The position numbers and the translations under genes were made by a program. From assembly GCA_020353515.1 (NCBI GenBank), contig CP070695.1, positions 756,957-820,956 on the forward strand: a DNA stretch of 64,000 nt, read 5' to 3'. This document shows, piece by piece, positions 49,867-60,400 of the stretch. The notes under the pieces were generated by a model. That model had not been told where the DNA came from. It ran no database searches and was given only the letters and a program-made list of their open reading frames with translations. The stretch comes from Candidatus Heimdallarchaeota archaeon (GTDB lineage Archaea > Asgardarchaeota > Heimdallarchaeia > Hodarchaeales > Hodarchaeaceae). The first letter of the stretch is position 1, and the number at the start of each line of letters is the position of its first letter.

Positions 49867-50238
49867 ATGTCTAAATCGGAAATCCAGTGTCCTTGTGGTC
49901 AATATATAGAAGATTATAGTAAATATTTACTTCTTCACTTAAAAAAGGAGATGGGAGAGATTGATATCTTGTGTCCCAATGAATTCTGTTATTTGAGAGA
50001 ACTTGGATTTTTAAAATTCCACATTGACACTACAGGAAAAATTAAGTTTGATGTTGGTAGATTTTATGCTCCTTATTCAACCTGGAATGCAACAAGGATT
50101 ACCGAAGAGACAACAGTAAAAATACTTAAACAACACCTTGTAGACATAACTGAAAAACTTGTTGATTGGGCTAAGATAAGAAAAGGTGTTTTTAAAACAA
50201 AAGAAGAAATAAAAGAGAAACCAGAGGTTTCAACATGA
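49867..50238 (+). CDS. Small Cys-rich (CPCG...CPNxxC) putative metal-binding protein, first gene of the ABC operon
   Basis: IQCPCGQ and DILCPNEFCYLRELG; ATGA overlap with the permease. Confidence 0.75.
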   Translation: MSKSEIQCPCGQYIEDYSKYLLLHLKKEMGEIDILCPNEFCYLRELGFLKFHIDTTGKIKFDVGRFYAPYSTWNATRITEETTVKILKQHLVDITEKLVDWAKIRKGVFKTKEEIKEKPEVST

Positions 50239-50837
50239 GTCTTGACCTACCTGATCCTCATTTTTCCCTTTATGAAGTTATTCATCTATCATTTGCAAAT
50301 ATTAGACGGAGGTTTTTACGCTCTGTAATTACTGCATTTGGTATTATCTTGGGAATCGCTTTTATGTCAGCACTTTTAACTAATTCTCTGATATTAGGAT
50401 TAATGCAAGCCGAAACTGGGGTGGAAGCTTATCAATTCTGGTTGGTTGGTATATCTCTAATTGTTTGTTTCGGTGGGATAACAAATTCCATGTTGATGGC
50501 TGTGAATGAAAGAGTGAAAGAAATTGGAGTCTACAAGTGTATAGGTGGATTAGATGGTCATATTGTACGATTGTTTATTATAGAAGCTTTATTTTTAGGA
50601 GCACTTGGCGGATCAATAGGAGCTATTGCAGGTTTAGGAATAGGACTAATAATCAATCTAAACCGTTTTTCACTAGATGAATTAACAGCTCAAATAACGG
50701 CCAATTCACTTATTTTTATATTATTATTTGGTGTTTGCTTTTTCATTGCGCTTTTTCTTTCTGCTCTTGCAACATTCATACCAGCGAGAAGAGCAGCGAA
50801 TTTATCTCCAGCAGAAGCTCTAAGATATGAAAATTAA
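50235..50837 (+). CDS. Minimal FtsX/MacB-type ABC permease with almost no extracellular domain
   Basis: NIRRRFLRSVIT...GI...ITNSMLMAVNERVKEIGVYKCIG...IPARRAANLSPAEALRYE. Confidence 0.9.
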   Translation: MSLDLPDPHFSLYEVIHLSFANIRRRFLRSVITAFGIILGIAFMSALLTNSLILGLMQAETGVEAYQFWLVGISLIVCFGGITNSMLMAVNERVKEIGVYKCIGGLDGHIVRLFIIEALFLGALGGSIGAIAGLGIGLIINLNRFSLDELTAQITANSLIFILLFGVCFFIALFLSALATFIPARRAANLSPAEALRYEN

Positions 50838-50851
50838 TTTGTTGATGGTTC

Positions 50852-51574
50852 ATGAGTCTTGAGGAATATGTTGTAGAAATTGCGGATGTTTTCAAGGAAT
50901 ATCAGTTAGGAAAAGTTACCGTATCAGCATTACAAGGCATTTCATTCAAGATTTATCGTGAGGAATACATTTCTATAATGGGTCCTTCAGGAAGTGGAAA
51001 GAGTACATTATTCAATGTGATAGGAGGCCTTGATACCGTCACTAGTGGTGAAATCTACATAGATCAAGTAGATATTGCTGAGCTTGATGCCTACGAGTTG
51101 GCCTGGCTTAGAAACCGTAAAATCGGTTATATATTTCAGACATTCAATTTGTTATTAACCTTCACTGCTCAGGAGAATGTAGAAACCCCAATGATCTTTG
51201 CTGGAGTCCCTAGAGAAGAAAGGAGGAAAAAATCTAAAGAGAAACTTGAAATGGTAGGACTTGGGGATAGACTGAAAAATAAACCTGGACAGTTATCTGG
51301 AGGACAACAACAACGTGTTGCCATTGCTCGAGCATTAGCCAACGATCCTGCCATAGTTCTGGCAGACGAACCAACAGCGAATCTAGATCTAGTTACTGGA
51401 TTGGAAATAATCGAACTGTTAAGGAGATTGAACACTGAGCAGGGTACAACCATAATTACAGCAACTCACGATCTTAAAATGATTAATATAAGTGATCGAA
51501 TTATATGGATTCGTGATGGACGTGTAGATCGGATTGAGGATCATACTGACGTACATGTAGCTACCACATCTTGA
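50852..51574 (+). CDS. ABC ATPase, LolD/MacB type
   Basis: [43 protein letters not shown]. Confidence 0.95.
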   Translation: MSLEEYVVEIADVFKEYQLGKVTVSALQGISFKIYREEYISIMGPSGSGKSTLFNVIGGLDTVTSGEIYIDQVDIAELDAYELAWLRNRKIGYIFQTFNLLLTFTAQENVETPMIFAGVPREERRKKSKEKLEMVGLGDRLKNKPGQLSGGQQQRVAIARALANDPAIVLADEPTANLDLVTGLEIIELLRRLNTEQGTTIITATHDLKMINISDRIIWIRDGRVDRIEDHTDVHVATTS

Positions 51575-51577
51575 TAG

Positions 51578-52315
51578 GTGGAAAAGATGTCAGAGGACAT
51601 TACTGTAAAATTAGATGATGTGTGGAAGACATACATTATGGGAAACGAAGAGGTACAAGCCTTGAGAGGGATTAACCTTGATATTCTTCAAGGTGAGTTT
51701 CATGTTATTATGGGGCCTTCTGGATCAGGAAAGACTACATTTCTTAATATGGTTGGTGCCCTTGACTTTCCGACAATGGGAGAAGTATACTTTGAAGGTG
51801 TTCCTCTTTCTAGTCTTACTAAAAAACAATTGGCTTCCATACGTTCCTACAAGATAGGTTTTATCTTTCAAACCTTTAATCTTGTTCCAGTAATAACTGC
51901 TCGGGAAAACGTTTCATTACCTTTAGTTTTTCAAAGATATCCTCGCGAGGAGAGAAGAAAGAGAGCAGAAGAGATATTAAAAAGAGTTGGATTAGCAGAT
52001 CGAATGGATCACACCCCAGATGAACTTTCAGGGGGTCAACAGCAGCGAGTGGCCATCGCTCGGGCTTTAGCAGGTAAACCAAGTTTAATTCTGGCTGATG
52101 AACCAACAGGTAACTTAGATTTAAAAACTGGGTTTCAAATTGTCGAATTATTACGGGAATTAAGCCAAGAGACTGGTGTGACAGTTATTAACTCAACTCA
52201 TGATCTTAAACTAATCGATATTGCAGATAGAATCTCTTGGTTAAGAGATGGTGAAATAACACGAACCCAACAAAAGCTAGATGTATCAATTACAAGTGTT
52301 GACGTGACAATCTGA
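51578..52315 (+). CDS. Second ABC ATPase, LolD/MacB type
   Basis: [31 protein letters not shown]. Confidence 0.95.
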   Translation: MEKMSEDITVKLDDVWKTYIMGNEEVQALRGINLDILQGEFHVIMGPSGSGKTTFLNMVGALDFPTMGEVYFEGVPLSSLTKKQLASIRSYKIGFIFQTFNLVPVITARENVSLPLVFQRYPREERRKRAEEILKRVGLADRMDHTPDELSGGQQQRVAIARALAGKPSLILADEPTGNLDLKTGFQIVELLRELSQETGVTVINSTHDLKLIDIADRISWLRDGEITRTQQKLDVSITSVDVTI

Positions 52316-52388
52316 TTTACAAAATAATTTTAAAAACATATTGAACATAAATGAGATTATAAATAAAAGTGGCTTAGGGGCCTGAAAA

Positions 52389-52616
52389 ATGGAAAATAAT
52401 GAGATTATTGCAGTTGTACTAATAACTCTTGCATTAATTATGGCAATATTGAGCACACCAATAAGAACAGCATTCAATGATCTTTTTGAGGGAATAGGCA
52501 TTGGTATGATAATGTATTGGTTACCTGGGGACATATTATTATTATTTATAGAAGTTGGACTCCTCGTTCTAATAATAGCAACAGCAATTTATGGACAGAG
52601 AGTTTCAAAAGTCTGA
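52389..52616 (+). CDS. Small 2-TM membrane protein
   Basis: 75 aa, two hydrophobic helices, co-oriented after the ATPases. Confidence 0.65.
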   Translation: MENNEIIAVVLITLALIMAILSTPIRTAFNDLFEGIGIGMIMYWLPGDILLLFIEVGLLVLIIATAIYGQRVSKV

Positions 52617-52665
52617 TTAACCTCTTTTTCTAAAAATAATGAATTATTCTCTTTTATTTGGCATA

Positions 52666-55137
52666 TCAGGAATCTGACCACGTTGCCTTAATGAGAATAG
52701 CCTCCTCCTTTTCAAAATCAATTGGGATACCTTCTGTTGCTTCGTCCGTTGTTACTTTGAATTTAGCTCTTTTTTCTATTATATCGAGAGATTTAATTTC
52801 AATTGTCCAAAAACCATTTCCTATTCTCATAAATATAACTTTACACGCTAAAAATCTCGGAACTGGATTATAGGCAATGAAATTAAGCTTAAGAGGAGGA
52901 AATATACTTAAAGCTTGAAAATCAAATAGATCTAAATTTAAAAGCATGATTTCTGGTTTATTACATTTTGCCAAGGCTTCAAACATTAAATATAACCAAA
53001 TTACCTCTCCTGAACCATAAATCTCCCTGCCAATTACACCTGTACGAGAACCCTTTGGAGCTATTTCTTGAGATTCTGAAAAATGAGGAGGTGTTTCAAG
53101 CATCTCAAGATCTTCAAAAGGAATGAATTTACAGGGAGTTTCCCAGCGGGCTGGATATATAAATTCTTGATTTAAAACATTTGAGAAGTAGTAGAAGCTA
53201 TTTATTCTAATAAGATTAAAAAATTTCAGCATTCCATGAATGGGGAATTTTATTTTAGTTGAATTTATAATAACCTTGAGGAAAATTAACCATGGATATA
53301 TGGATTCTAAGTTTTCTTTCATTGCTGGGTATCTAATACCAACACATGCCATTACTAAACCTTTAGTGCGACGTTTTCCTTTCCAATTAAACGAATTATC
53401 GTCATACCAGTAGAACATTCGTAGTTCATTAAGAATATTAAAATATGCACTTTCTATATGTAATTCATTGCCAGTAATTCGATATAATTCTGTTAATCCT
53501 GCTATACCATAAGCAATTTCAAGAGGTTCCCAAAACAATTCATCTGGGGAGAATTTCATGAGTTTCTTTGCTGCATTTTTAGCTTCTAGAAGGAATCGAT
53601 CCTCTTTAAATAAATAAAAAGCCTGAATCATAATATACAAATAAATCCCCAAACAAGCAAAGTTTTTGGCTTTCATCTTCCAAAGAATATCTTTTTTGCC
53701 TCTTGCTTTAATTAAGGCATTTTTTCTTTTATGATCTGAATCAAGTTCATCTTTAAGCGGTTTTAATGAAAAGGGGTCATAAAAAGCAGTGATCTCATAA
53801 TTATGTCCTTGTACAAATCTTATCACTTCATTAATCATTTTCTTAAGACTAGAGATATAATTTAAATGAACAGGAACCAATGGAATTAATCGAATAAACC
53901 AAGCAAATCTAGTAATAGGTTCAAAAAAATACCAAGAATCACCAATCGAGTACTTTGTTGGCTTCATTATTCTAATCCCATGAAAATCATCATACTGAAT
54001 ATTATTATACAGGAAATTTGTTTTTGGATCAATAAAACTTTGGAGAGACTTACTAGTACGCTTAACATGATCCATTTGAGAGTCATTTTTGTGAAGTTGC
54101 AAGTAAAGTATCCATGGAGGTAGAAGATCAAAAAATGTCATTGTTTCAAATGTATTTATTTTTCCTATTGTTTCTCGACGATTAAATTCTGATTTATCAG
54201 CTACATAAGCGTGATATTTTGGTGAATTTGGATCCACCCAACAGAGTTCTTCTTTCATAAGATCAGTAATGCAACCTTTACTAAATTTCCACCATGAGAG
54301 GTTATTAGAAGGAAATGGTGTGTAACCTGAAATCAATGTGAAGCATCTAGAGACAAGAGCTGCTACTGCTTCCCATTTACTTGGTTTCTCATAGCGATAA
54401 TTTTGAGATAAAAAAAAATCAAAAATCATTTCAAAATTTGCTGGAATTTCTATACGTTTTGGAAGCTGTATTCTATTAAGTAGTCCAAACGAACCATCAA
54501 CTTTAGTACCACATTCGTATATTGAAAATCTTTCAAAAGTTTCTGGAGACATCCAATTCATTTTAGAAAAATCTAAAAAGAAATAGGTTTCAATTCTTGA
54601 ATCAGGATTCCAAACATAAGCTGCTGGCATATCATTGGATTTCCATTCATCTGTGGGTGGTGTATGTCGAGTTGGTTGATTAATTGTAACAGCTTCAGTA
54701 CTATTATATTTGGGTAAAAGCTTCATTCTAATTTCAGGTGCAGTGTTATCAAACTGAATCTTTTCGTTGAAAACTACTTTTATTCGAATATGAAACCATG
54801 GATACGTTTTTTCATTGACAACAATATCCATGAATACTTCAATATTTTTTATTACAGATTTATTCTCTAAAAATATATGAAAAGAATTATCTGTCCGTAT
54901 TAATTCAGTCATTTTTGATGGATTTACATTAAATTGGTTTTCAAGTGAAATCAAAGGCAACAATAAATTCTGTTTCCATTTAGAAGACTTACATGCTGAT
55001 AAGATTATGTAAATTGTACCTTCCTTGTGTGAGAACGAGATCTTTTGATTATTCATTATAAAATTAATATCTTCTGTGATCTTTTTTTCCTCCGTTTCTT
55101 GGAATTTACAGAGTAGAAAATTTGTTTTTAACTTCAA
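52666..55137 (-). CDS. Large soluble protein: N-terminal beta-rich region plus putative alpha/alpha toroid (six-hairpin glycosidase/LanC-like fold)
   Basis: Helical repeats such as AFYLFKEDRFLLEAKNAA and YGIAGLTELYRITGNELHIESA; GDSWY and REIYGSGE motifs; no signal peptide evident. Confidence 0.55.
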   Translation of the reverse strand: MKLKTNFLLCKFQETEEKKITEDINFIMNNQKISFSHKEGTIYIILSACKSSKWKQNLLLPLISLENQFNVNPSKMTELIRTDNSFHIFLENKSVIKNIEVFMDIVVNEKTYPWFHIRIKVVFNEKIQFDNTAPEIRMKLLPKYNSTEAVTINQPTRHTPPTDEWKSNDMPAAYVWNPDSRIETYFFLDFSKMNWMSPETFERFSIYECGTKVDGSFGLLNRIQLPKRIEIPANFEMIFDFFLSQNYRYEKPSKWEAVAALVSRCFTLISGYTPFPSNNLSWWKFSKGCITDLMKEELCWVDPNSPKYHAYVADKSEFNRRETIGKINTFETMTFFDLLPPWILYLQLHKNDSQMDHVKRTSKSLQSFIDPKTNFLYNNIQYDDFHGIRIMKPTKYSIGDSWYFFEPITRFAWFIRLIPLVPVHLNYISSLKKMINEVIRFVQGHNYEITAFYDPFSLKPLKDELDSDHKRKNALIKARGKKDILWKMKAKNFACLGIYLYIMIQAFYLFKEDRFLLEAKNAAKKLMKFSPDELFWEPLEIAYGIAGLTELYRITGNELHIESAYFNILNELRMFYWYDDNSFNWKGKRRTKGLVMACVGIRYPAMKENLESIYPWLIFLKVIINSTKIKFPIHGMLKFFNLIRINSFYYFSNVLNQEFIYPARWETPCKFIPFEDLEMLETPPHFSESQEIAPKGSRTGVIGREIYGSGEVIWLYLMFEALAKCNKPEIMLLNLDLFDFQALSIFPPLKLNFIAYNPVPRFLACKVIFMRIGNGFWTIEIKSLDIIEKRAKFKVTTDEATEGIPIDFEKEEAILIKATWSDS

Positions 55138-55332
55138 TTCTTTATGTAAGCATATGATAAGGAATAAAATTCATTGATTCTTGCCTATTATTTCATGATA
55201 AAATTACTTTCGTGTTTCTATTCTGAAGTGGGCATTTTATATGGGTTCTCCTATCTACACAAAATTTAAAATATTGTCTAATGCATCTGTTTTATCTGTT
55301 AATCTCCAAAATAATTCGGATAATTCAGGCTT

Positions 55333-57483
55333 GTGATTTATATGAGTGACAAAATTATTGAAAAGGAATCGCAAACAGGACCTAGAACAGGTTTGACTAT
55401 TAGATCTTTAATTATTGCTTTAGTGATTCTATTCTTCTGGGGATTATTAAGTATATTTAGTGGAAATTTTGGTCAGGCTCCCCAAATATTCATAGAAGAA
55501 ATGTCCATTCTCTTTCCGTTCTTTATTTTGGTTTTTGGTCTTCAAGCTCTTGAAAGAATTAGGATAAGGGGAATTAAATTAAGTAGACAAGAGCTTACCT
55601 TTATTTGGGCAATGTTAATTGTTGGTATTCCTATTACAAGTAGTGGTTTTATTGCTGGAAGATTGTTACTTAATGCAATGTATTCTCACCAAAGTGATGA
55701 ACCTTTCGCACCTTTATCTGGATGGGCTCCAGCATTCTGGGCTCCTTCTGAAGAAGAAATCCTCAGAGCCTATGCGGGTGGAGTTCTTCCTGATTTTACG
55801 GAATGGCTAATCCCATTAGCATTCTGGGGAATTACATGCATTGCTTGGGCTTTTATGTGTTTATTTTTGATCCAAATATTTAGAAAACCTTGGGTTGATG
55901 TTGAAAGACTGGCTTTTCCATTAGCTCAACCTGTCCAAGAACTCTTAGAATCTCCTTTAGCCGTACCAGAGGAGAAAAAGAGAAGATATTTTTGGCTTGC
56001 ACTTGGGTCACTACTTGGTATTAGTTATTCTTCACTTGAATTCTTACGTGTTGCTTTCCCTGATTGGGGTGATTTTCTTGCGGATGTAGATATATTTGGA
56101 TGGATACTAGGAAGAGCTTGGTCTATAACAATTGATTTTGGGGAAGTATTCGGTTTAAGTGCGATTTTACCAAATGCACAACTTGTCGCTCGTCCAGAAC
56201 CCGTTATGATTGCTGCATTTCTATTAGTTTCATTGAATGTCTTGCTTTCTGGCATAATTTTTTGGCTTTTTTTCTGGGTTTTATTACCTGTAGGTATGAC
56301 TGAATTGGGAATAATAGATGCCCCTGCTTCAGTTGCAGCCTCTCCTCCTTATATTGACTTAGGATTTGGGCGCGTTGGGGGAATTTCACTCTTTGCTTTT
56401 GGAGAATTTGGAATGCTTTTTGGCGTTGTTATTTGGGCTGTCATTCTACAACGTCGATATCTTTGGAGATCAATAAAAGCGATATGGGATCCCGCTATAA
56501 TAGATGAAAGTGGTGAACCTATATCGTATAGAACTGCTTGGATTGGTTTTCTACTTTGTGGGGTCATTTTTTTCTCAAGCTTACTTTTAAGTGGCTCTCC
56601 CCTTGTGATGGCGATATACACCGTCATATTCTTAGTAATAGGATATATTGCTGGTGCCCGTCTTAGAGCAGAAACCGCTGGAATGGGAATTGGTCACCCA
56701 GGGTATATTCATCTGCATGGGATGCATTCTGTTCGGCTTTTTGTTGGTGAAGAAAACGCTGGAACAGGTGGTTTTTATGTAACCTCAATGTGGATGCAGT
56801 TTTTTCAGAGAGATGCTGCTCCAACCACCCCAGCCATTTCTTCACTTGAGGCGTACAATATCGCTAGAATCACTAATACGCGTACAAGAGACATTTTTGT
56901 TGCCCATAGCATCGGTATCCTAGGAATAATATTGTTGTGTCTTATTTCTTGGCCAATTTTTGCTTATTCGTATGGATTAGCAAACGAATGGTCAGCTGAA
57001 GCAGGACACAATCAAGATTATAGCGAATCAACTATGGAGCTAGCTGCAGGCGGATTTTGGGATCATAGAAGTTATGAAATTGATATCTGGGGTCAAGCCA
57101 TTTTAGGAATGGTTTTTGCTATAGGTCTCAATATACTTCGATTAAGTAGACCTTGGTTACCATTGAATCCGATTGCTGCACCTATCATTTTAAGCCTAAG
57201 AGGGCCTTATTGGTGGTTACCTATGTTGTTTGCTTATCTTATTAAATTCCTCGTTGTCCGGATTGGTGGAACAAAAGCTTATACTACTTATCTCCTTCCA
57301 GCTGCGGTAGGATACCTTATTGGAACTGCAGGTGTTTGGGGTTATGCCCTAATAGTAGTAATGATTCCTCTACTCTTTCCATTTGTAGCAGGAGCCTTTT
57401 TTGATTTAATAGTTCTTGCTATTTGGGTATTATCTATCTTAGCAACAATTCTATATTTAATTCTAAGTTTAATAAAGAGATGA
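55333..57483 (+). CDS. OPT-like polytopic membrane protein (DUF6785/DUF6784-like)
   Basis: GLTIRSLII, LSRQEL, WLIPLAFW, RKPWVDVERLAFPLAQ, RLRAETAG, PWLPLNPI, IKFLVVRIGG, PAAVGYLIG; more than 15 TM. Confidence 0.75.
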   Translation: MIYMSDKIIEKESQTGPRTGLTIRSLIIALVILFFWGLLSIFSGNFGQAPQIFIEEMSILFPFFILVFGLQALERIRIRGIKLSRQELTFIWAMLIVGIPITSSGFIAGRLLLNAMYSHQSDEPFAPLSGWAPAFWAPSEEEILRAYAGGVLPDFTEWLIPLAFWGITCIAWAFMCLFLIQIFRKPWVDVERLAFPLAQPVQELLESPLAVPEEKKRRYFWLALGSLLGISYSSLEFLRVAFPDWGDFLADVDIFGWILGRAWSITIDFGEVFGLSAILPNAQLVARPEPVMIAAFLLVSLNVLLSGIIFWLFFWVLLPVGMTELGIIDAPASVAASPPYIDLGFGRVGGISLFAFGEFGMLFGVVIWAVILQRRYLWRSIKAIWDPAIIDESGEPISYRTAWIGFLLCGVIFFSSLLLSGSPLVMAIYTVIFLVIGYIAGARLRAETAGMGIGHPGYIHLHGMHSVRLFVGEENAGTGGFYVTSMWMQFFQRDAAPTTPAISSLEAYNIARITNTRTRDIFVAHSIGILGIILLCLISWPIFAYSYGLANEWSAEAGHNQDYSESTMELAAGGFWDHRSYEIDIWGQAILGMVFAIGLNILRLSRPWLPLNPIAAPIILSLRGPYWWLPMLFAYLIKFLVVRIGGTKAYTTYLLPAAVGYLIGTAGVWGYALIVVMIPLLFPFVAGAFFDLIVLAIWVLSILATILYLILSLIKR

Positions 57484-60400
57484 TGGTGGCCCTAATGACA
57501 AAGTCGAAACTTGTCATCATCTTTTTTTTTTTCCTTATGTTTAATGTTATAGTTCACGTTTTCACGAATGATTTCTGCAGTAATATTATAAGTTGGGAAG
57601 AAAATAAGACAATTACTAGAGAGAACATTACAGGGAGAATAGATGACCTAATAGATTTCCTAGACTTAAGTAATCAAATAAATGAAACCTATTTTGGGAA
57701 CATTGAAGGCCATATAAAGACACTTTCAGAATTCGGAAGTCGTGTAACTGGCTATCCTGGGTATGAGCAAACGGTTGATTATATTCTTGATTTTTTTCAA
57801 AATCAAAATCTATCGAATGTCGAAACAATGTCATATCCACTATTAGTACCACTTGAAAAGAATACTCACATAGAGATAAAAGGGGAAAATTATACAGCAT
57901 ATGCTCTTACTCCTAATTCTGTTCACTCATGCAAAACACCTCCGCATGGAGTATCTGGAAAACTAATTTATGGTGGATCAGGTAGATATTCTGATCTTGA
58001 TGGAAAGAACATCGATGGATCAATCGTTGTCATGGAATTTAATACGAACGATAATTGGCTTAATATAGCTGGTTTAGGAGCCAGAGGAGTCATTTTCCTA
58101 GCCCCTAATGATACTAATCGTTTTGAAGCTGAATCAAAATCAATAGATATTCCTCTTAATTTTCCCCGTTTTTACATTCGCAACTATACGACTATAGAAG
58201 CTGTTAAAGGATTCGCACAACAGTATAATCAAACTGTAACTCTTTATTCTGATATCGAAATGACTATGATTGAAGCCAAAAATGTGATGGGAATATTATC
58301 TGGTAAAAGTGATGATCAAATCATTATTTCTGCTTATTTTGATTCTTCATCAGTAGTTCCTTCTATATCACCTGGAGCTGATGAAGCATGCGGGATCGCC
58401 ACTCTCTTAGAATTAATACGTGTTATAAATGATAATAAATTTATACCTCAAAAAACAATCATGTTTTTAGCTCTCTCTGGTCATAATCAAGCTGCAGCAG
58501 GAGCAAGAGAATTTGTCTATCAAAATTATGAGTCATTAAATCGGGAATCAGGAATTAAGCTTTTTCTTACATTAGATCTTTCTGCTTCCAATTATAAGAT
58601 TGGTATAAATCCATACGGTTATTTGTATCGATTTAAACTACAATTTACTACAGCGACAAATTTAGAAGGAAGGATAAAGGATGTTGGAGAAAAATATTTG
58701 GTTGAATACGCTTCACATATTCGTGAAGCCTCTACCTACAATTTTGAAGTGAAATCATATGTCAGAAAACAACGATTCGAGGATATTGCTCCGATTACCT
58801 TTGTGGGGGATCAGGAGCCCTTCGTTGCAAGTAATGTCATTGGATTATCTTTTTTTACTAGCGAATCTCATCGATTAAGGTTTAATACTCCCTTTGACCT
58901 TCCTAAATATTTACATATGGATCACCTAAAGTCACAAGTAGTTTATTCTATTTGTGCTGTAGCTCAGCTTATCTTAGAGGCGAACTTAGATCAAGTATTA
59001 GACTTAGAGCATAAAGATTTCTCAATAAGGCATACAACTCACGTTGGATACGGGATTATTCAAGGCCATTGTAAAGAACGTAATGAAACAACCGCTTGGT
59101 TTTCTGACGTTCCAGATGTTGTTATCCGTGTTTCATCTTGGGATCCAAGTCGTGGACTTTATGGGGAATACACCTATCTCACTAAAACTGATAATGATGG
59201 ATTCTTTGAAATTCATGGAATTTCCTCCTCTCAGCCTGATATTAACTTAGAATTCATTGCTGAGGCGTATGAATTTGATTCTGAAGGTAATTTAATCAAA
59301 GCAACCAATTTAGGATCATATGGGCAAACTTTTGAGCGGTCGAATAAGCTCAGAAGTAAAACAATTACAATTAATCCTACTGTGTTTAAGTGTGGCACAA
59401 TTTCATTATTTGAAGTAACACATCCCTATACTCAAGCTCTCTCTGCTGGTTCACTTACCTATCAAGTACTAGATCCAGAAACAAGAAATCTTTACTTTTC
59501 ATTTGGATATATTGGGGCCAAATCAGTTAGTTTAGTTTTTCTTAATCCCAATACACCCTCAGTAATGGTTGGAGAATTACCAGATGCAGTGTTAGGGGTT
59601 TATATTACGAATTCAAGTGATGAAAAACCGAGAGGAGAGGGCTATAAGGTTCAAATGGGCGAACATCAGAATCTAGGGATTTCATCATTTATGACCTCTT
59701 TAGATCTTCAAGCAGCAACGAAAACTTACGTGGATTTATACACAAGCTATAATATTTATGATTCATTGGTTGATGATACTTTTGGAAGAGCAATTAGTCT
59801 TATGGATACTGCTCTTCTTCAGAAAAATGATCTAGAATACTCAAAGGCAATTGTTACTATCAAGGAAGTTCAAACTTGGTCTTTGGACGCTTTCAAACAA
59901 GCTAGACGAGTTATTGAGGATGGAACATCGACCACAATATTTTTTGCCATCCTGCTTCTTCCTTTCTCATTCGCACTTGCTTCCCTACTTTTTACTTTTG
60001 AAAGTGGTATTAAACGAATTATGGTGACTAGTATAATATATGGAACAACCTTAGCATTTTTCTATATCATTCACCCTGGTCTTCATTTATCATCTAATAT
60101 TTTTATGATAATAATAGGAATAATTGCTATTATTTTTGTATTTCCAGCCTTCTACATGATTTATCAAGAAGGGTATGATTATTTAAAGAGTTTAAGAGTC
60201 AAGATAATTGGAGCGCATTTTGCTGATACTAGTCGAACTTCAACTATTTTGATTGCGATGAGTACTGGTATCGCTAGAATGAAAAAACGAAAAGGAAGGA
60301 CAGTAATTGCCCTCTCTGGCATCGTACTCATTACATTTTCCTTAACACTTTTTACATCTGCGAGTACACAGGTTGCTGTGTCCACTAGAGGAGTGGAACT

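Noticed and set aside
51572-51580. Two ABC ATPases in the same frame; possible readthrough fusion
   Set aside because: Separated by two consecutive stops (TGA TAG), and the second gene has its own start.
48022-55137. Classical RiPP or PQQ biosynthetic cluster
   Set aside because: No pqqABCE, radical SAM, YcaO, lanthipeptide dehydratase or precursor-like peptide seen; the toroid protein lacks LanC zinc ligands.
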